Below are positions 36,889 through 46,683 of a DNA stretch of 64,000 bases, in pieces. A model generated the notes under the pieces. It did no database searches and was not told the DNA's origin. It saw only the letters and a program-made list of their open reading frames with translations. Each line of letters begins with the position of its first letter. Within the stretch, counting starts at the first letter, position 1. The position numbers and the translations under genes were made by a program. Source of the DNA: a virus; IMG/VR virus record IMGVR_UViG_3300033182_000371, positions 1 through 64,000 of that record; one strand, written 5' to 3'.

Positions 36889-37892
36889 TAGGCACCATAA
36901 CTAAATTCAGATTTAGCAATCTCATCGAGTTGCTGCATTACTTCGTAAGTAAAATATTTTTCTGGCTCTTTATAGATTTGTTTGGCATAGACTTTTTTGC
37001 CATCAATCTCGTACCGTCCTGCGACATTCTTCCAAAGTCCACCGATCTCACCGAGTTCAAGAAGACCATAATAACGATCAAGACCACGCTCATCGTAGTA
37101 AAGACGAACTTCCACATCTTTGTTTTCCTTACTCAAACGAGACTTAGCAGTCTTTGCCTTGATAATGTTTCCGACGATTTCTGTTCCATCCTTCTCTTTC
37201 TTTTTGCTGAGATAGATGATTGTAGAAGCAGCATACTTGAGTCCACTACCTCCACCCATTTCTTTTGTAGGCACATAAGCTCCGATGACATCATAGGTAT
37301 GGTTGGTAACAATCATGGGAATGTTTGCTTGACCCAACTTAAGAGTAAGCATACGGAACGCACCTTTGACAAGTTGAGATTTGGTCATATCCCGAACTTG
37401 TTTATCATTGAGAGCGTCTGTGATTTCCTTCTCGGTGGATAGCATCCCAAGAGAGTCTAGCACAAACATACAAGGTTTACGCTCATCTACAGGTTTTTTT
37501 AAGTAAATGTCTACTGCCTTGAGTGCTTTACCACGAAACTCTTCAATAGTTACAACATTGACAACGACTAACCTAGATGTGTCAACACCTCTAGATTCGA
37601 GTAAGGACTTGGTGATAGCAGCTTCAGTATCAAAATAGAGACAATAAGCATTGGGGTCAGAATCAAGAAAATTCTTAACCACAGCGAGAGAAAAGAAAGT
37701 CTTTCCAGTACTAGACTCTCCAGCAATAGCAGTAATCTTATTGCTAGATACACCGCCAAATACACTACCTGAGACAAGTGAATTAAAAATGTACGAACCT
37801 GTGTCAACATATGATTCACTTTCCTCAATTTCACTAGCGAGTTTGGTGTAATCATCACCAATCTCTTTCACAATGTCTTTAAGAAAATCCAT
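36888..37892 (-). CDS. uvsX: RecA-like recombinase
   Basis: AGESSTGKT, FDTE, LDSLG, MGGGSG. Confidence 0.97.
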   Translation of the reverse strand: MDFLKDIVKEIGDDYTKLASEIEESESYVDTGSYIFNSLVSGSVFGGVSSNKITAIAGESSTGKTFFSLAVVKNFLDSDPNAYCLYFDTEAAITKSLLESRGVDTSRLVVVNVVTIEEFRGKALKAVDIYLKKPVDERKPCMFVLDSLGMLSTEKEITDALNDKQVRDMTKSQLVKGAFRMLTLKLGQANIPMIVTNHTYDVIGAYVPTKEMGGGSGLKYAASTIIYLSKKKEKDGTEIVGNIIKAKTAKSRLSKENKDVEVRLYYDERGLDRYYGLLELGEIGGLWKNVAGRYEIDGKKVYAKQIYKEPEKYFTYEVMQQLDEIAKSEFSYGA

Positions 37893-38087
37893 TCAATTCC
37901 AACGCAAAGTCTTCAGGTATTCTAGCACATTCTCACGAACATCCATAAGTTCATGGTAGCACTTTTGATTGTGGGCGCACTGACGCAATTTGCTATCTGG
38001 TTTAAGAACAGACTCAATAAAAAGATCTAGACCCCTATTCCATTTGTCCTGTTTAGATTCTCCATCGGAGTAAACATATTCGTTCAT
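37893..38087 (-). CDS. Hypothetical protein
   Basis: ORF track; likely start MNEYVY overlapping the gp43 stop. Confidence 0.7.
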   Translation of the reverse strand: MNEYVYSDGESKQDKWNRGLDLFIESVLKPDSKLRQCAHNQKCYHELMDVRENVLEYLKTLRWN

Positions 38088-40579
38088 GAGAAAAACATTT
38101 CTAGGTTTGCAGTTTTCTCTACAGACCATCCAATAGCATCTAGGATAATCTTAAGAGGTTCTAAGAATGCCTTGTCAAATTGCAAGTCATAATCAACATA
38201 CTTGGAGATATTAAGTTCTCTTGGAAAATCCTGAATGAACGAAATAACATTCTCGTGAATGATATTTGGTTTCTTCAAATAGCAGAACTTAATCTTCTCT
38301 CCATTTTGGATCAGCGAATACTTGTTGGTAAGTTTTTCTTTCTTGATGTAGTGATTGAACAGAAGTGCGCCCCGAACATGTATGGGAGTACCTTTGATAT
38401 AAATGTCAGAAGTAGATTTGTACTTCGTAACTTCACTCACAGATCTTGGAAAGGAAATTTCCTCAGGAGCAAGTTTTTTGAACTTGCTACGGCACTGATC
38501 TATGTAGTCAATCATATCATCTTCTGACCCAGACATCATGATTTTAAAAGATTCCTTAAGCATTTGACGGCAGGGTGCAGGGGTAGAGGATTTCACTGCC
38601 TCAATACCCATAACTTTAAGTTTTGGTTCTGAATATGCAACTCCTTCACTGTTGTGAACATTCAAGATGTAGCGTTTCTTTGCGGTCCAAATACCACGGT
38701 CAGCAATATTCTCCCGCTTCATGCTCATCTTCTGTTCATATGCCGAAACATAATCCGCAAGTTCCTGATAACTGGATTCGATGAATGGTTCCAGCTTTTC
38801 TTGGCAGATCTTGTCAAGTATCCCCACAATTGCTGTTTTGTCGCCAGACTTAGCACTAAAAAATTTAGTAACAAGAGGTCCAAGATTAAGATAGATTGAG
38901 TCGGTATCGCTAGCGATGACATAATCCTCGCTCTCCGTCTGCAAAAGTTTATTTAGATATTCGTTCATTTTGTTCTCGATCCAGCGAATCGAGACCTGAC
39001 CAGACAGAGTGATTGCTTCTGCGTTTGCTAGTTTGAAATACCTGAAGTATTGATTACCAATAGCACCATAAGCAGAGTTAAGAGAAATCTTTTTCGCCAT
39101 TTGAATGTTGTTACATCTGGCGATCTCCTTTTTAAGTGCATCAGTAGGCGTCTTCTCATACTCCTGCTTGGCTTTGAGCATCCGCTTTTTAAAAATGACC
39201 CGCTCACCATACATTTTCTCCATCAACTCTGGGAGAAATCCCTTCTTGTTCTTATGGTACATGGCACCGTTAGCACAAACAGCATAATCCTTGTACATCT
39301 CAAAGTTGATTTCTTCCTTCAGGATCCTTTCAACAGATGCAGTGGGATGCCGTTCGTCGATGAGGGTTTCAGGGGAGATGTTGTACTGCATAATAAGATG
39401 AGGATACAGGGAATTGAGATCAAAACTAACCACCCAATCATATACCCCAGGATTCGGTTCCTTAACATACGCCCCCGCATACTTTTCATCCTTATCAGTC
39501 TGTTCTTTAGGAGGAATGACAATTCCTTTCTTCTTCAGGTAGTTATAGATGATGGTATCCCACATCCGAACCTGATAGAAGACATCATTATAGTTAACTT
39601 TGGCATCATATGCCATAGTCAGGGCGAGCTCGATCAACTTCATCTTGTCCTCAAGACGGTCTACGAGCTCCACATCGATGATGTTATATTCAACAAACTT
39701 CTGCCAACCGTTAGTATAGAACTCTTGGAAGGTATCGAACTCAGAGTGATCGAGTTTTTTCTGACCGAGTTCTACATTAGCAATGTGGTCAAGACGATAT
39801 GATTCCTGGTTTGTATAAGTAAATTTCTTATACAAATCAAGGTAATCTAGTTGCGTGATGCCACCAATGTCATAGAAAATCTGCTTGCGACCCTTGATGA
39901 ATACTTCTTTCTGGGACACTAATCCCCAAGGAGACAGTCTCTTGGCAAGTTTCTCGCCAAGAACACGGTCAATACGCTTGGTAATAAACGGGATATCGAA
40001 CAGTTGGATGTTCCAACCAGTCACGACATCTGGAGTATTTGCCATCCACCAGTTGATGAAATCATTCAGCAGATCACGCTCATTGTTAAACTGAATGTAG
40101 CGAACATTGTCCTGTTTGATCTTGAATGGACCTTGACCCCAGGTAGTGATCTCCTTTGTGTTGTAATCTTGGATGGTAATGAGCAGGATTTCCTGGTCAG
40201 CAGACTCAACATCGGGGAATCCGTTCTCAGAACGAGTCTCAATATCGACCGTTACAAGACGAATCTTACTGATATCAAAGTCAATTTGTTCTTGAGGATA
40301 CTTATCAGAGATATACTGATAGATAAACCTCTCATTGCCATAGATCTTAAAGTTTTCTACCTCACTATACTTCTTTAAAAACTCCCGACAGTCTGAGACA
40401 AACCCAGGTTTAATGGGTTCGACATAATCACCATCGAGAGTTTTGTAGAAGGTCTCTTTCTTTGCAGGAACAAAAAGAGTGGGTTGATATTTTTCACGAA
40501 ACTGAATGTACTCACCATTTTCATAACCACGAACGAGGAATTGGTCCCCGATCATTTGTACATTAGTATAGAATTTCAT
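38084..40579 (-). CDS. gp43: Family B DNA polymerase (T4 gp43)
   Basis: DIET exonuclease motif, FDLNSLYP, KISLNSAYG, SDTDS, KKRY, C-terminal clamp-binding LEMFF. Confidence 0.99.
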   Translation of the reverse strand: MKFYTNVQMIGDQFLVRGYENGEYIQFREKYQPTLFVPAKKETFYKTLDGDYVEPIKPGFVSDCREFLKKYSEVENFKIYGNERFIYQYISDKYPQEQIDFDISKIRLVTVDIETRSENGFPDVESADQEILLITIQDYNTKEITTWGQGPFKIKQDNVRYIQFNNERDLLNDFINWWMANTPDVVTGWNIQLFDIPFITKRIDRVLGEKLAKRLSPWGLVSQKEVFIKGRKQIFYDIGGITQLDYLDLYKKFTYTNQESYRLDHIANVELGQKKLDHSEFDTFQEFYTNGWQKFVEYNIIDVELVDRLEDKMKLIELALTMAYDAKVNYNDVFYQVRMWDTIIYNYLKKKGIVIPPKEQTDKDEKYAGAYVKEPNPGVYDWVVSFDLNSLYPHLIMQYNISPETLIDERHPTASVERILKEEINFEMYKDYAVCANGAMYHKNKKGFLPELMEKMYGERVIFKKRMLKAKQEYEKTPTDALKKEIARCNNIQMAKKISLNSAYGAIGNQYFRYFKLANAEAITLSGQVSIRWIENKMNEYLNKLLQTESEDYVIASDTDSIYLNLGPLVTKFFSAKSGDKTAIVGILDKICQEKLEPFIESSYQELADYVSAYEQKMSMKRENIADRGIWTAKKRYILNVHNSEGVAYSEPKLKVMGIEAVKSSTPAPCRQMLKESFKIMMSGSEDDMIDYIDQCRSKFKKLAPEEISFPRSVSEVTKYKSTSDIYIKGTPIHVRGALLFNHYIKKEKLTNKYSLIQNGEKIKFCYLKKPNIIHENVISFIQDFPRELNISKYVDYDLQFDKAFLEPLKIILDAIGWSVEKTANLEMFFS

Positions 40580-40872
40580 TAACCAAGAAGTTCGTTGTAT
40601 GCCTGAAGGATGAAAGATTCTGGATCAACCAGAGTTAGAATCGTATCACTTTGGATTCTGCACTTTTTCTGAGAACTCAACTTCATTATAGTCCATGGTT
40701 TCAGACGATCTTTATATGGACCATCATAGTCCTCATCTTGAGGAATGAACTCATAAGGATTCGTAAGTTCGCAATCTGGTTCGCCAATATCAGCACCATA
40801 AACCTCTTCGACACCAGCGATGAGGCATTTATAGTCTTCTTTGAGGACGATAATTTTAGTTGAGGGCATCAA
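40579..40872 (-). CDS. Hypothetical protein
   Basis: ORF track. Confidence 0.75.
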   Translation of the reverse strand: MMPSTKIIVLKEDYKCLIAGVEEVYGADIGEPDCELTNPYEFIPQDEDYDGPYKDRLKPWTIMKLSSQKKCRIQSDTILTLVDPESFILQAYNELLG

Positions 40873-41167
40873 TCAACTCCTTGTACATGTTTTTAAGATC
40901 CACAACTGGTTCAAATACTGTCTGAACAGTGCTTGGATTTACAATAAACATTGTATCAGATGTAAGCGGTTGCCAAGTAGCAAGAGAAACTTGGGAGGTG
41001 TTGGGAGGTTCTCCGCTCGCATCTTCCATAAGTGTCATCGTTGGTTGCAAAATGACACGATATGGGTTGTTGAAAATGTATTGACGGGTCTTATCCTCAG
41101 GATCAATCATTTCTTTAATATCAGCAATGATTTGATCATCGCCAATCACAGCAACTCTAACCGACAT
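40856..41167 (-). CDS. Hypothetical protein
   Basis: ORF track; likely start MSVRVA after an AAGAGG SD. Confidence 0.75.
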   Translation of the reverse strand: MSVRVAVIGDDQIIADIKEMIDPEDKTRQYIFNNPYRVILQPTMTLMEDASGEPPNTSQVSLATWQPLTSDTMFIVNPSTVQTVFEPVVDLKNMYKELIDALN

Positions 41168-41189
41168 AGTACACTTTTTACCTCTTAGT

Positions 41190-41224
41190 AGTATAGCATG
41201 AAAAAGGGGGGTGATCAACCCCCC
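41190..41224 (-). promoter_or_regulatory. Terminator with embedded sigma70-like promoter
   Basis: GGGGGG/CCCCCC plus T5; TTGATC (41213-41218)-N17-TATACT (41190-41195). Confidence 0.7.
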
Positions 41225-41229
41225 GATAT

Positions 41230-41664
41230 TTAGAACCAGTCCTTACGGTGGTGGTGCTCTGGAATAATTTTTCCCAAAGTCACTGTCAATAGTCCATCCT
41301 CAAATGTCACATCCCTTACCTCCGTCTCATCAGAGAGCGTCCAAACCCTCGTAAAGGATCTCTGCGCCAATCCTTTATGCAAGTAGTCTGTAGCGGTCTC
41401 CTTGTCCTCCTTCTGCCCCTCTACGAAGAGTTTACCAGACTCCGTATAGACAAATACCTCTGCCTTCTTAAATCCTGCTAAGGCGAGCTCCAGCTTACAT
41501 TCTGTGTTGCTGATATTGATGAGGTTATATGGGGGATAATTGGAAGTTGTTTCGTGTAGTTTGAAGATACGATCAAAGTAATCATCCATTCCAATGCTAT
41601 TGCGGGTAATTTTGTCCAGCAAAGCAGGCAAATCCGCAGCATGATACCTTGTAAGGTTAGTCAT
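41230..41664 (-). CDS. hsp20: Small heat shock protein
   Basis: NYPPYN, LALAGF, YLHKGLAQRSF, DGLL (IbpA-like). Confidence 0.96.
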   Translation of the reverse strand: MTNLTRYHAADLPALLDKITRNSIGMDDYFDRIFKLHETTSNYPPYNLINISNTECKLELALAGFKKAEVFVYTESGKLFVEGQKEDKETATDYLHKGLAQRSFTRVWTLSDETEVRDVTFEDGLLTVTLGKIIPEHHHRKDWF

Positions 41665-41717
41665 TTAACTTCTCCTTTTTAAAGCGAGATTGTGTTGTGT
41701 GTACCCTTTCGGCGTAC
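41665..41717 (-). promoter_or_regulatory. ROSE-like RNA thermometer candidate in the hsp20 leader
   Basis: UCUCGCUU pairs with AAGGAGA (SD) leaving a bulged G; upstream GAAA-tetraloop hairpin at 41701-41717. Confidence 0.6.
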
Positions 41718-41741
41718 ATTACTAATTATATAAGTTTGCAT

Positions 41742-41767
41742 TAAAAAGGGGGGTCGGTTAACCCCCC
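41742..41767 (-). terminator. Intrinsic terminator downstream of regA
   Basis: GGGGGG/CCCCCC plus T5. Confidence 0.8.
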
Positions 41768-41824
41768 ATAAAGTAGCGTATATTCCGTATGTATAGAGTC
41801 GCGCACGAAAGAGCGACGAATTAT

Positions 41825-42268
41825 TTATGCGGTTTCTTCTCCTTCTACCTTAGTCTTGCGACCAATGTTATATTTTGTTTCAAGAACCCAGTTGTTCTTA
41901 TCTTTGTAAGAGAGAACTTTAATTTGGTTGAGAGGAGCAATGTCCTGAATCTTCTCAGCATCAACAACAGTAATCAATCCCCAATCAGCAAGCAGTTGAG
42001 AAATTCTGTTACGACGCTGAACATCGTTGACAGTGAGGTTTGCTTTCTTACCATCAAGAGCAAACAACTCTTTGAAATGAACGATGTAGTATCTACCTTG
42101 CTTGTGAAGAATATGGCAAGATTGATAGAGTTTCTTTTCCTTTCTAGATGCTACACCGATTCTGGTTAGTGTTTCTCGCACCTTCAGGAAATCATCAGGT
42201 TCACTCAGAGAAACTTCAATCATCTTCTCGGGCGACCAGTCAACGGTCGGTTCAACAACGACACTCAT
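41825..42268 (-). CDS. regA: Translational repressor RegA
   Basis: DDFLKVRETLTRIG, LYQSCHILHKQGRYYIVHFKE. Confidence 0.98.
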   Translation of the reverse strand: MSVVVEPTVDWSPEKMIEVSLSEPDDFLKVRETLTRIGVASRKEKKLYQSCHILHKQGRYYIVHFKELFALDGKKANLTVNDVQRRNRISQLLADWGLITVVDAEKIQDIAPLNQIKVLSYKDKNNWVLETKYNIGRKTKVEGEETA

Positions 42269-42292
42269 CTCAATATATCAAAAATGTTTTTA

Positions 42293-43123
42293 TTATTTAG
42301 CAAAACTTTTCTTGACTTCTTCTAGAGATTCTTGAAGTATCTGCTTTGCTTTACCATATCCCATTTTATTCATCCACTTTTTATCCCAGAATTCTTCTAG
42401 TTTACAGCTCTTACCAGTGAAATCTTCATAGATTCCTAAGAAAAGACTGAATAATCCCCATTGACTTGGTGGAAAATATGCTGGAGAGAGACAAACAAAG
42501 ATCGCATCGTATTGATAATCTCCATGATCATATTCTTCAGCAAACATTGTCTCCCACTTACAAGGTGTGCCAATATTTTCGCAGATGAATTGATTGTATG
42601 GTGTGCGAGTATCCTCTACTGCCTTGCCATCATTGTTTCTAATCCAAATCATGTTCTTCAACCTACCCTGAGAGTGAAGATATGATCCCCAACTACCCTC
42701 ATCTACCTTTCCATATGCTTTTGCCATGGCATATTCAGTAAGGTATCCTGCCATATGAAGATGTTCGTTATCAGCATCTTCTGGATTCACATAACATCCA
42801 GCAAGAAAATCATCATGGTGATCAATGTTAACAATCTCAATATCATTCTTGTCATGAAGATATTTAAGGATATAATCATGATCCATTCCAAACCAGACAT
42901 GGGCGTTTGGACTAGAAGAAAGCGCCCTCGTAAATGTTTCAATAAGATAATCTAAGCATTTTTCATCGATTATCTTTTCCCTTGTATTTAAAAAAGGATA
43001 CCTCAGAAAATAATAATACCATTTCGTATATGGATGCCACTCAGAGAACATCTCATTATCTTCATTTGGCCATTCATCTACAGTAGGAAATGAGTAATCT
43101 ATATCAATGCTCAAGACTTTCAT
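42293..43123 (-). CDS. Arginase/deacetylase-fold-like metalloprotein (UPF0489-like)
   Basis: LSIDIDY, DHDY, NIDHHDD, DEGSW, CLSPAYFP; family assignment from recall. Confidence 0.55.
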   Translation of the reverse strand: MKVLSIDIDYSFPTVDEWPNEDNEMFSEWHPYTKWYYYFLRYPFLNTREKIIDEKCLDYLIETFTRALSSSPNAHVWFGMDHDYILKYLHDKNDIEIVNIDHHDDFLAGCYVNPEDADNEHLHMAGYLTEYAMAKAYGKVDEGSWGSYLHSQGRLKNMIWIRNNDGKAVEDTRTPYNQFICENIGTPCKWETMFAEEYDHGDYQYDAIFVCLSPAYFPPSQWGLFSLFLGIYEDFTGKSCKLEEFWDKKWMNKMGYGKAKQILQESLEEVKKSFAK

Positions 43124-43500
43124 TTTTTAATCCCACCAGTGTCCATTTTATTATGGATAAATTTAATTTGCTCTGGAGAAAGAATCTTAAGTGCTTGCTG
43201 CGCCTTTTCGTTACTGTACCCGTAGTATTTTTTCACTACCTCAAGATCAGCAATCTTTTCTTGCTTCAACCAGGGAGAAAACCGTTTTCTTTTCCTGAGA
43301 CTATGTAGCATGAAGTGGTATTGCATATCTTTACTGAGATGCGTATTCTTGTTCATCTCATTAGCAAACAAGATTGCATCAATATGACCAGACATACAAC
43401 GATTTACGATGTAAGCAGGATACTTCTTGCATGCCTCAGGATCTTCACTGAGATCCTGTTTGTTCATGTTGATAGAGTTCAACCAGTCTTTCAGTTCCAT
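43120..43500 (-). CDS. gp62: Clamp loader small subunit (T4 gp62)
   Basis: WLNSIN, YIVNRC, ANEMN, YYGYSNEKA. Confidence 0.95.
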   Translation of the reverse strand: MELKDWLNSINMNKQDLSEDPEACKKYPAYIVNRCMSGHIDAILFANEMNKNTHLSKDMQYHFMLHSLRKRKRFSPWLKQEKIADLEVVKKYYGYSNEKAQQALKILSPEQIKFIHNKMDTGGIKK

Positions 43501-45191
43501 AGCAGGTAGTTGCCAATAACGAGATAATCAATGTCCATTTTCTTGAATGATGCGATAGCATCCTCTGGAGTTTCAACAATTGGTTCGCCACTGAGATTGA
43601 AAGAGGTGTTCATCAAAACAGGAACCTCAAGTTTACGAAGCAACTGGCACAATCTAGGATTCAATTCATCATTCACAGTCTGAATACGACAGGTATTGTC
43701 CCTGTGAGAAATAGCGGGGAGTTTCTTGGTGATAGATGTCTGAGAGTACAACATATATGGAGTAGTCATACCCTCGTCGAAATATTCATCAACATACTCC
43801 TCTAACATTATACCAGCAAACGGACGCCAATACTCCCTTTTCTTAACTCTATCATTCATAATGCTTTTATTCTCTGCTTTCTTAGGACTCATCAGCAGAG
43901 ATCTGGATCCTAATGCTCTAGGACCATGCTCAGAGCGACCTTGGAACCACCCCACAATCTTATCCCGATCCAATTCATGAGCGATAACCTCACACAGTTC
44001 ATCAAAGTCTTCGTAATATTCACAATTAGTTTCTTCAGGAACAAAATCATCATAAGACTTGCCAAGCAAAGCAATGTTTGCTGGCATCTCAATAGTTTGA
44101 TTCATTTTATATGAACCCCATGCAGCTGCTCCAAAGTGAATTCCAGAGTCGTTGGTGTATGGAGGGATGTGTAGGTTTCTAAACAGAGGTTTGAGTAAAG
44201 TATTCGTAGTAATGTTTAAGAAACATCCACCAGCGAAGCAGTGATCTTCCTCAAGATATCCTTCGTCCTGTGCTTTTCTGACGAAATAAACTAATGCTCT
44301 CTCAAACCAATGCTGAACATAGAATGCTTTATCTTCTGGAGAACCCTTTAGATAGTTCCATATGATTTCATAATCATAAAAATGAACTTCTGGCAATCCA
44401 AACTCCCAGCGATCAATATCAAACATTGACTTAGGAAACTCGGAAGAAAAACAAACAGGAGCTTCTTGTCCTAGATCATCACCATAAGCAGAGAGACCCA
44501 TGATCTTACCCTCTTTAGGAGTAACATCAAAGTTCTGAGCAAACTGAATATTTTTGAATACATCCTCAGGAAGATCGGATTCCTGACGCATCAGTTCTCT
44601 ATGCTTTTCATCATAGATGTACTTTGACATATTGCAGTAATACTCTCCGAAAGAGTTCATACCAAGATCTCCAGTCCCTCTGAAGAACCTGAACATCCTT
44701 TTCTTCTTATCAAAATATCCAATGCTATTATTTTCGCCACCGCGAAGCATTCCACTAGCAAAGTCCCACAGTCCACTACCAAGACCATCGATAGTCATAA
44801 AACTACCGCAGTTAAATGGAGCAGTAAAGACCGCAGATGCTGCATGACAAAGGTGGTGGGACAACATCCACACTTCTGCGTTAGGGAAAGACTCCCTGAG
44901 CATTCTCTTGGCAGTATGGTCTACTAGTTGCTCGTTACTTATTTCTGGAAAAGATGGAACATAACAAACAATATCAATATCTTCTGGCGTATACTCACCC
45001 AACACATATTCAATAGATTTGCGTGGGTAATTACCTTCATCCTTAATACGAGTTAGTCTCTCCTCATTGATGGATCTTACATGCTTACCATCGACGAAGA
45101 GAGTTGCTCCAGCATCATGAATGTATGTGTTGGGTTTATTAAAATCATTCGCGTCCCAATCTAGGGCACCATATACACCAATTACTTTCAT
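43491..45191 (-). CDS. O-carbamoyltransferase (NodU/CmcH family)
   Basis: HDAGA, EERLTRIK, HHLCHA, DGLG, EGKIMGLSAYG, AGGCFLN, GPRALGSRS, RPFA, NTSFN, EPIVE. Confidence 0.95.
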   Translation of the reverse strand: MKVIGVYGALDWDANDFNKPNTYIHDAGATLFVDGKHVRSINEERLTRIKDEGNYPRKSIEYVLGEYTPEDIDIVCYVPSFPEISNEQLVDHTAKRMLRESFPNAEVWMLSHHLCHAASAVFTAPFNCGSFMTIDGLGSGLWDFASGMLRGGENNSIGYFDKKKRMFRFFRGTGDLGMNSFGEYYCNMSKYIYDEKHRELMRQESDLPEDVFKNIQFAQNFDVTPKEGKIMGLSAYGDDLGQEAPVCFSSEFPKSMFDIDRWEFGLPEVHFYDYEIIWNYLKGSPEDKAFYVQHWFERALVYFVRKAQDEGYLEEDHCFAGGCFLNITTNTLLKPLFRNLHIPPYTNDSGIHFGAAAWGSYKMNQTIEMPANIALLGKSYDDFVPEETNCEYYEDFDELCEVIAHELDRDKIVGWFQGRSEHGPRALGSRSLLMSPKKAENKSIMNDRVKKREYWRPFAGIMLEEYVDEYFDEGMTTPYMLYSQTSITKKLPAISHRDNTCRIQTVNDELNPRLCQLLRKLEVPVLMNTSFNLSGEPIVETPEDAIASFKKMDIDYLVIGNYLLWN

Positions 45192-45192
45192 G

Positions 45193-46044
45193 TTAATAGT
45201 TTACTAGAACTAATTCTTTACGCTCTTGCTGTTCCCGCATATACTGTCCAACCGAACGCATCGTGTAGGTGAGATCAAACTCAGATGCTTTCCAGTTAGT
45301 GAACCGATCTTTAACGAGTTGACTAGAGTTGTAACTTACAAGAGTATCTAGTTTACATTCGTCACAGTCTTTTGCAAACTTGTCGTGATCAAATCCTTTG
45401 TGCATCGATCCTTTACGACCATAAAGATTGTCCTTGATGTCATATGGAGGATCAAGATAAACAAAAATATTTTGGTCCACTTTGCCAAAGGTCAGATCTG
45501 GAGAATCGTCCAGCAGATAATCATAAGAGTAGTTTGTGATAGTCCAGTTCTTAATTAGTTCTGAGTAGAGTGGCAGTTTGTCGATTCCCCTGAAGGAGAA
45601 ATTAGAGTCACTTGCTTGCTTGGAAAAGGAGCTGGATTCAGTAAGACCTGAGAAAGAACACTTATTAGCAATATAGAAGGAAATAGCACGGTGGAAATTT
45701 TCAGAGTCCTCCAAAGGTCTAGCAAGATATTCTTTGGCGTCAAGGAATAGCGATCTTGCACTTCCATGATCAATATGACGATGCTTAAGTTGATTCAATT
45801 CATTACGCATCTCTACACCAAACATCTGGAGTTGCTGCCAGAAGTTCACCAGAGGTTCGTAGAGATCATTTACCCATACGGAGGTGTTAGGATACCTCTT
45901 CGTCCATTCCAGGGCGAAGGAACCGCCACCTAGGAACGGTTCCCTGAACTCATCATACTCCTTGTCAGGTATATACGAAAAAAGTTTCTGGACAGCACGG
46001 GACTTACCGCCAGGATAACGAAGAGGAGTTTTCAAAGATTTCAT
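45193..46044 (-). CDS. dam: DNA adenine methyltransferase (Dam/D12 class)
   Basis: RYPGGK, EPFLGGGS, YLDPPY. Confidence 0.93.
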   Translation of the reverse strand: MKSLKTPLRYPGGKSRAVQKLFSYIPDKEYDEFREPFLGGGSFALEWTKRYPNTSVWVNDLYEPLVNFWQQLQMFGVEMRNELNQLKHRHIDHGSARSLFLDAKEYLARPLEDSENFHRAISFYIANKCSFSGLTESSSFSKQASDSNFSFRGIDKLPLYSELIKNWTITNYSYDYLLDDSPDLTFGKVDQNIFVYLDPPYDIKDNLYGRKGSMHKGFDHDKFAKDCDECKLDTLVSYNSSQLVKDRFTNWKASEFDLTYTMRSVGQYMREQQERKELVLVNY

Positions 46045-46682
46045 TCAAAGAAGTCCATTACGGTTTTCTGACTCTGCGGGAAAAAGAAATCAGGGTTTTC
46101 TTGTATAATTTTAACATCATACTTGGCAGAAAGCAATACTGATGCATAGTTAATCTCAGAGACTTTCCTCTGAGTAAATGACCTATCAAATGCAGCACTC
46201 TTTGCCTGCAAAAAATGCCCATTCTCATCCAAGGGAACTTGATCAGAATCGATCTTAAAGATCAGTTCTCTGAGTGGTGTCCACAAAACATGATAGAAAA
46301 CATCAATGTCATTGGGGCCATAAAACTTTCTCCCAGTATTCACATTTGATTTCTTTGAACCAGCAGACTGGAATCTAAAATCAAAAGTTGGACGACGAAT
46401 TTCAAACCCCCTTTTCTTACTTGCAGCAACATCAAGTTTCATCTTGAAGACTACTTTCTTGACTTGTGCTCGTTTAATAGTTCCGTTGTCCTCTACCCAG
46501 AAATCATTTCCTTGATCAATTGCTGGTTCTGCAAAATTGATTTTATTCCTGAGTAAGTAACTAGCGATGATACTCTCTGCACTTTTTCCTGAAAAGATCG
46601 TGTCAGAGTTTTTCCAGTCCATTCCTGTGACAAGTTCTTCCTCCAAAAGAGGAGGCATCAGTTGAGAGATAATTCTAGACAT
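46041..46682 (-). CDS. PD-(D/E)XK endonuclease-like protein
   Basis: GKSAESII...P..D..NDF...RAQVK...DIDVF, resembling I-Ssp6803I-type nucleases. Confidence 0.6.
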   Translation of the reverse strand: MSRIISQLMPPLLEEELVTGMDWKNSDTIFSGKSAESIIASYLLRNKINFAEPAIDQGNDFWVEDNGTIKRAQVKKVVFKMKLDVAASKKRGFEIRRPTFDFRFQSAGSKKSNVNTGRKFYGPNDIDVFYHVLWTPLRELIFKIDSDQVPLDENGHFLQAKSAAFDRSFTQRKVSEINYASVLLSAKYDVKIIQENPDFFFPQSQKTVMDFFE

Positions 46683-46683
46683 C

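Noticed and set aside
23328-40579. Introns or inteins in nrdA, nrdB, gp41, gp43, and in the visible part of psbA
   Set aside because: Frames are continuous, lengths look normal and no splicing motifs were seen.
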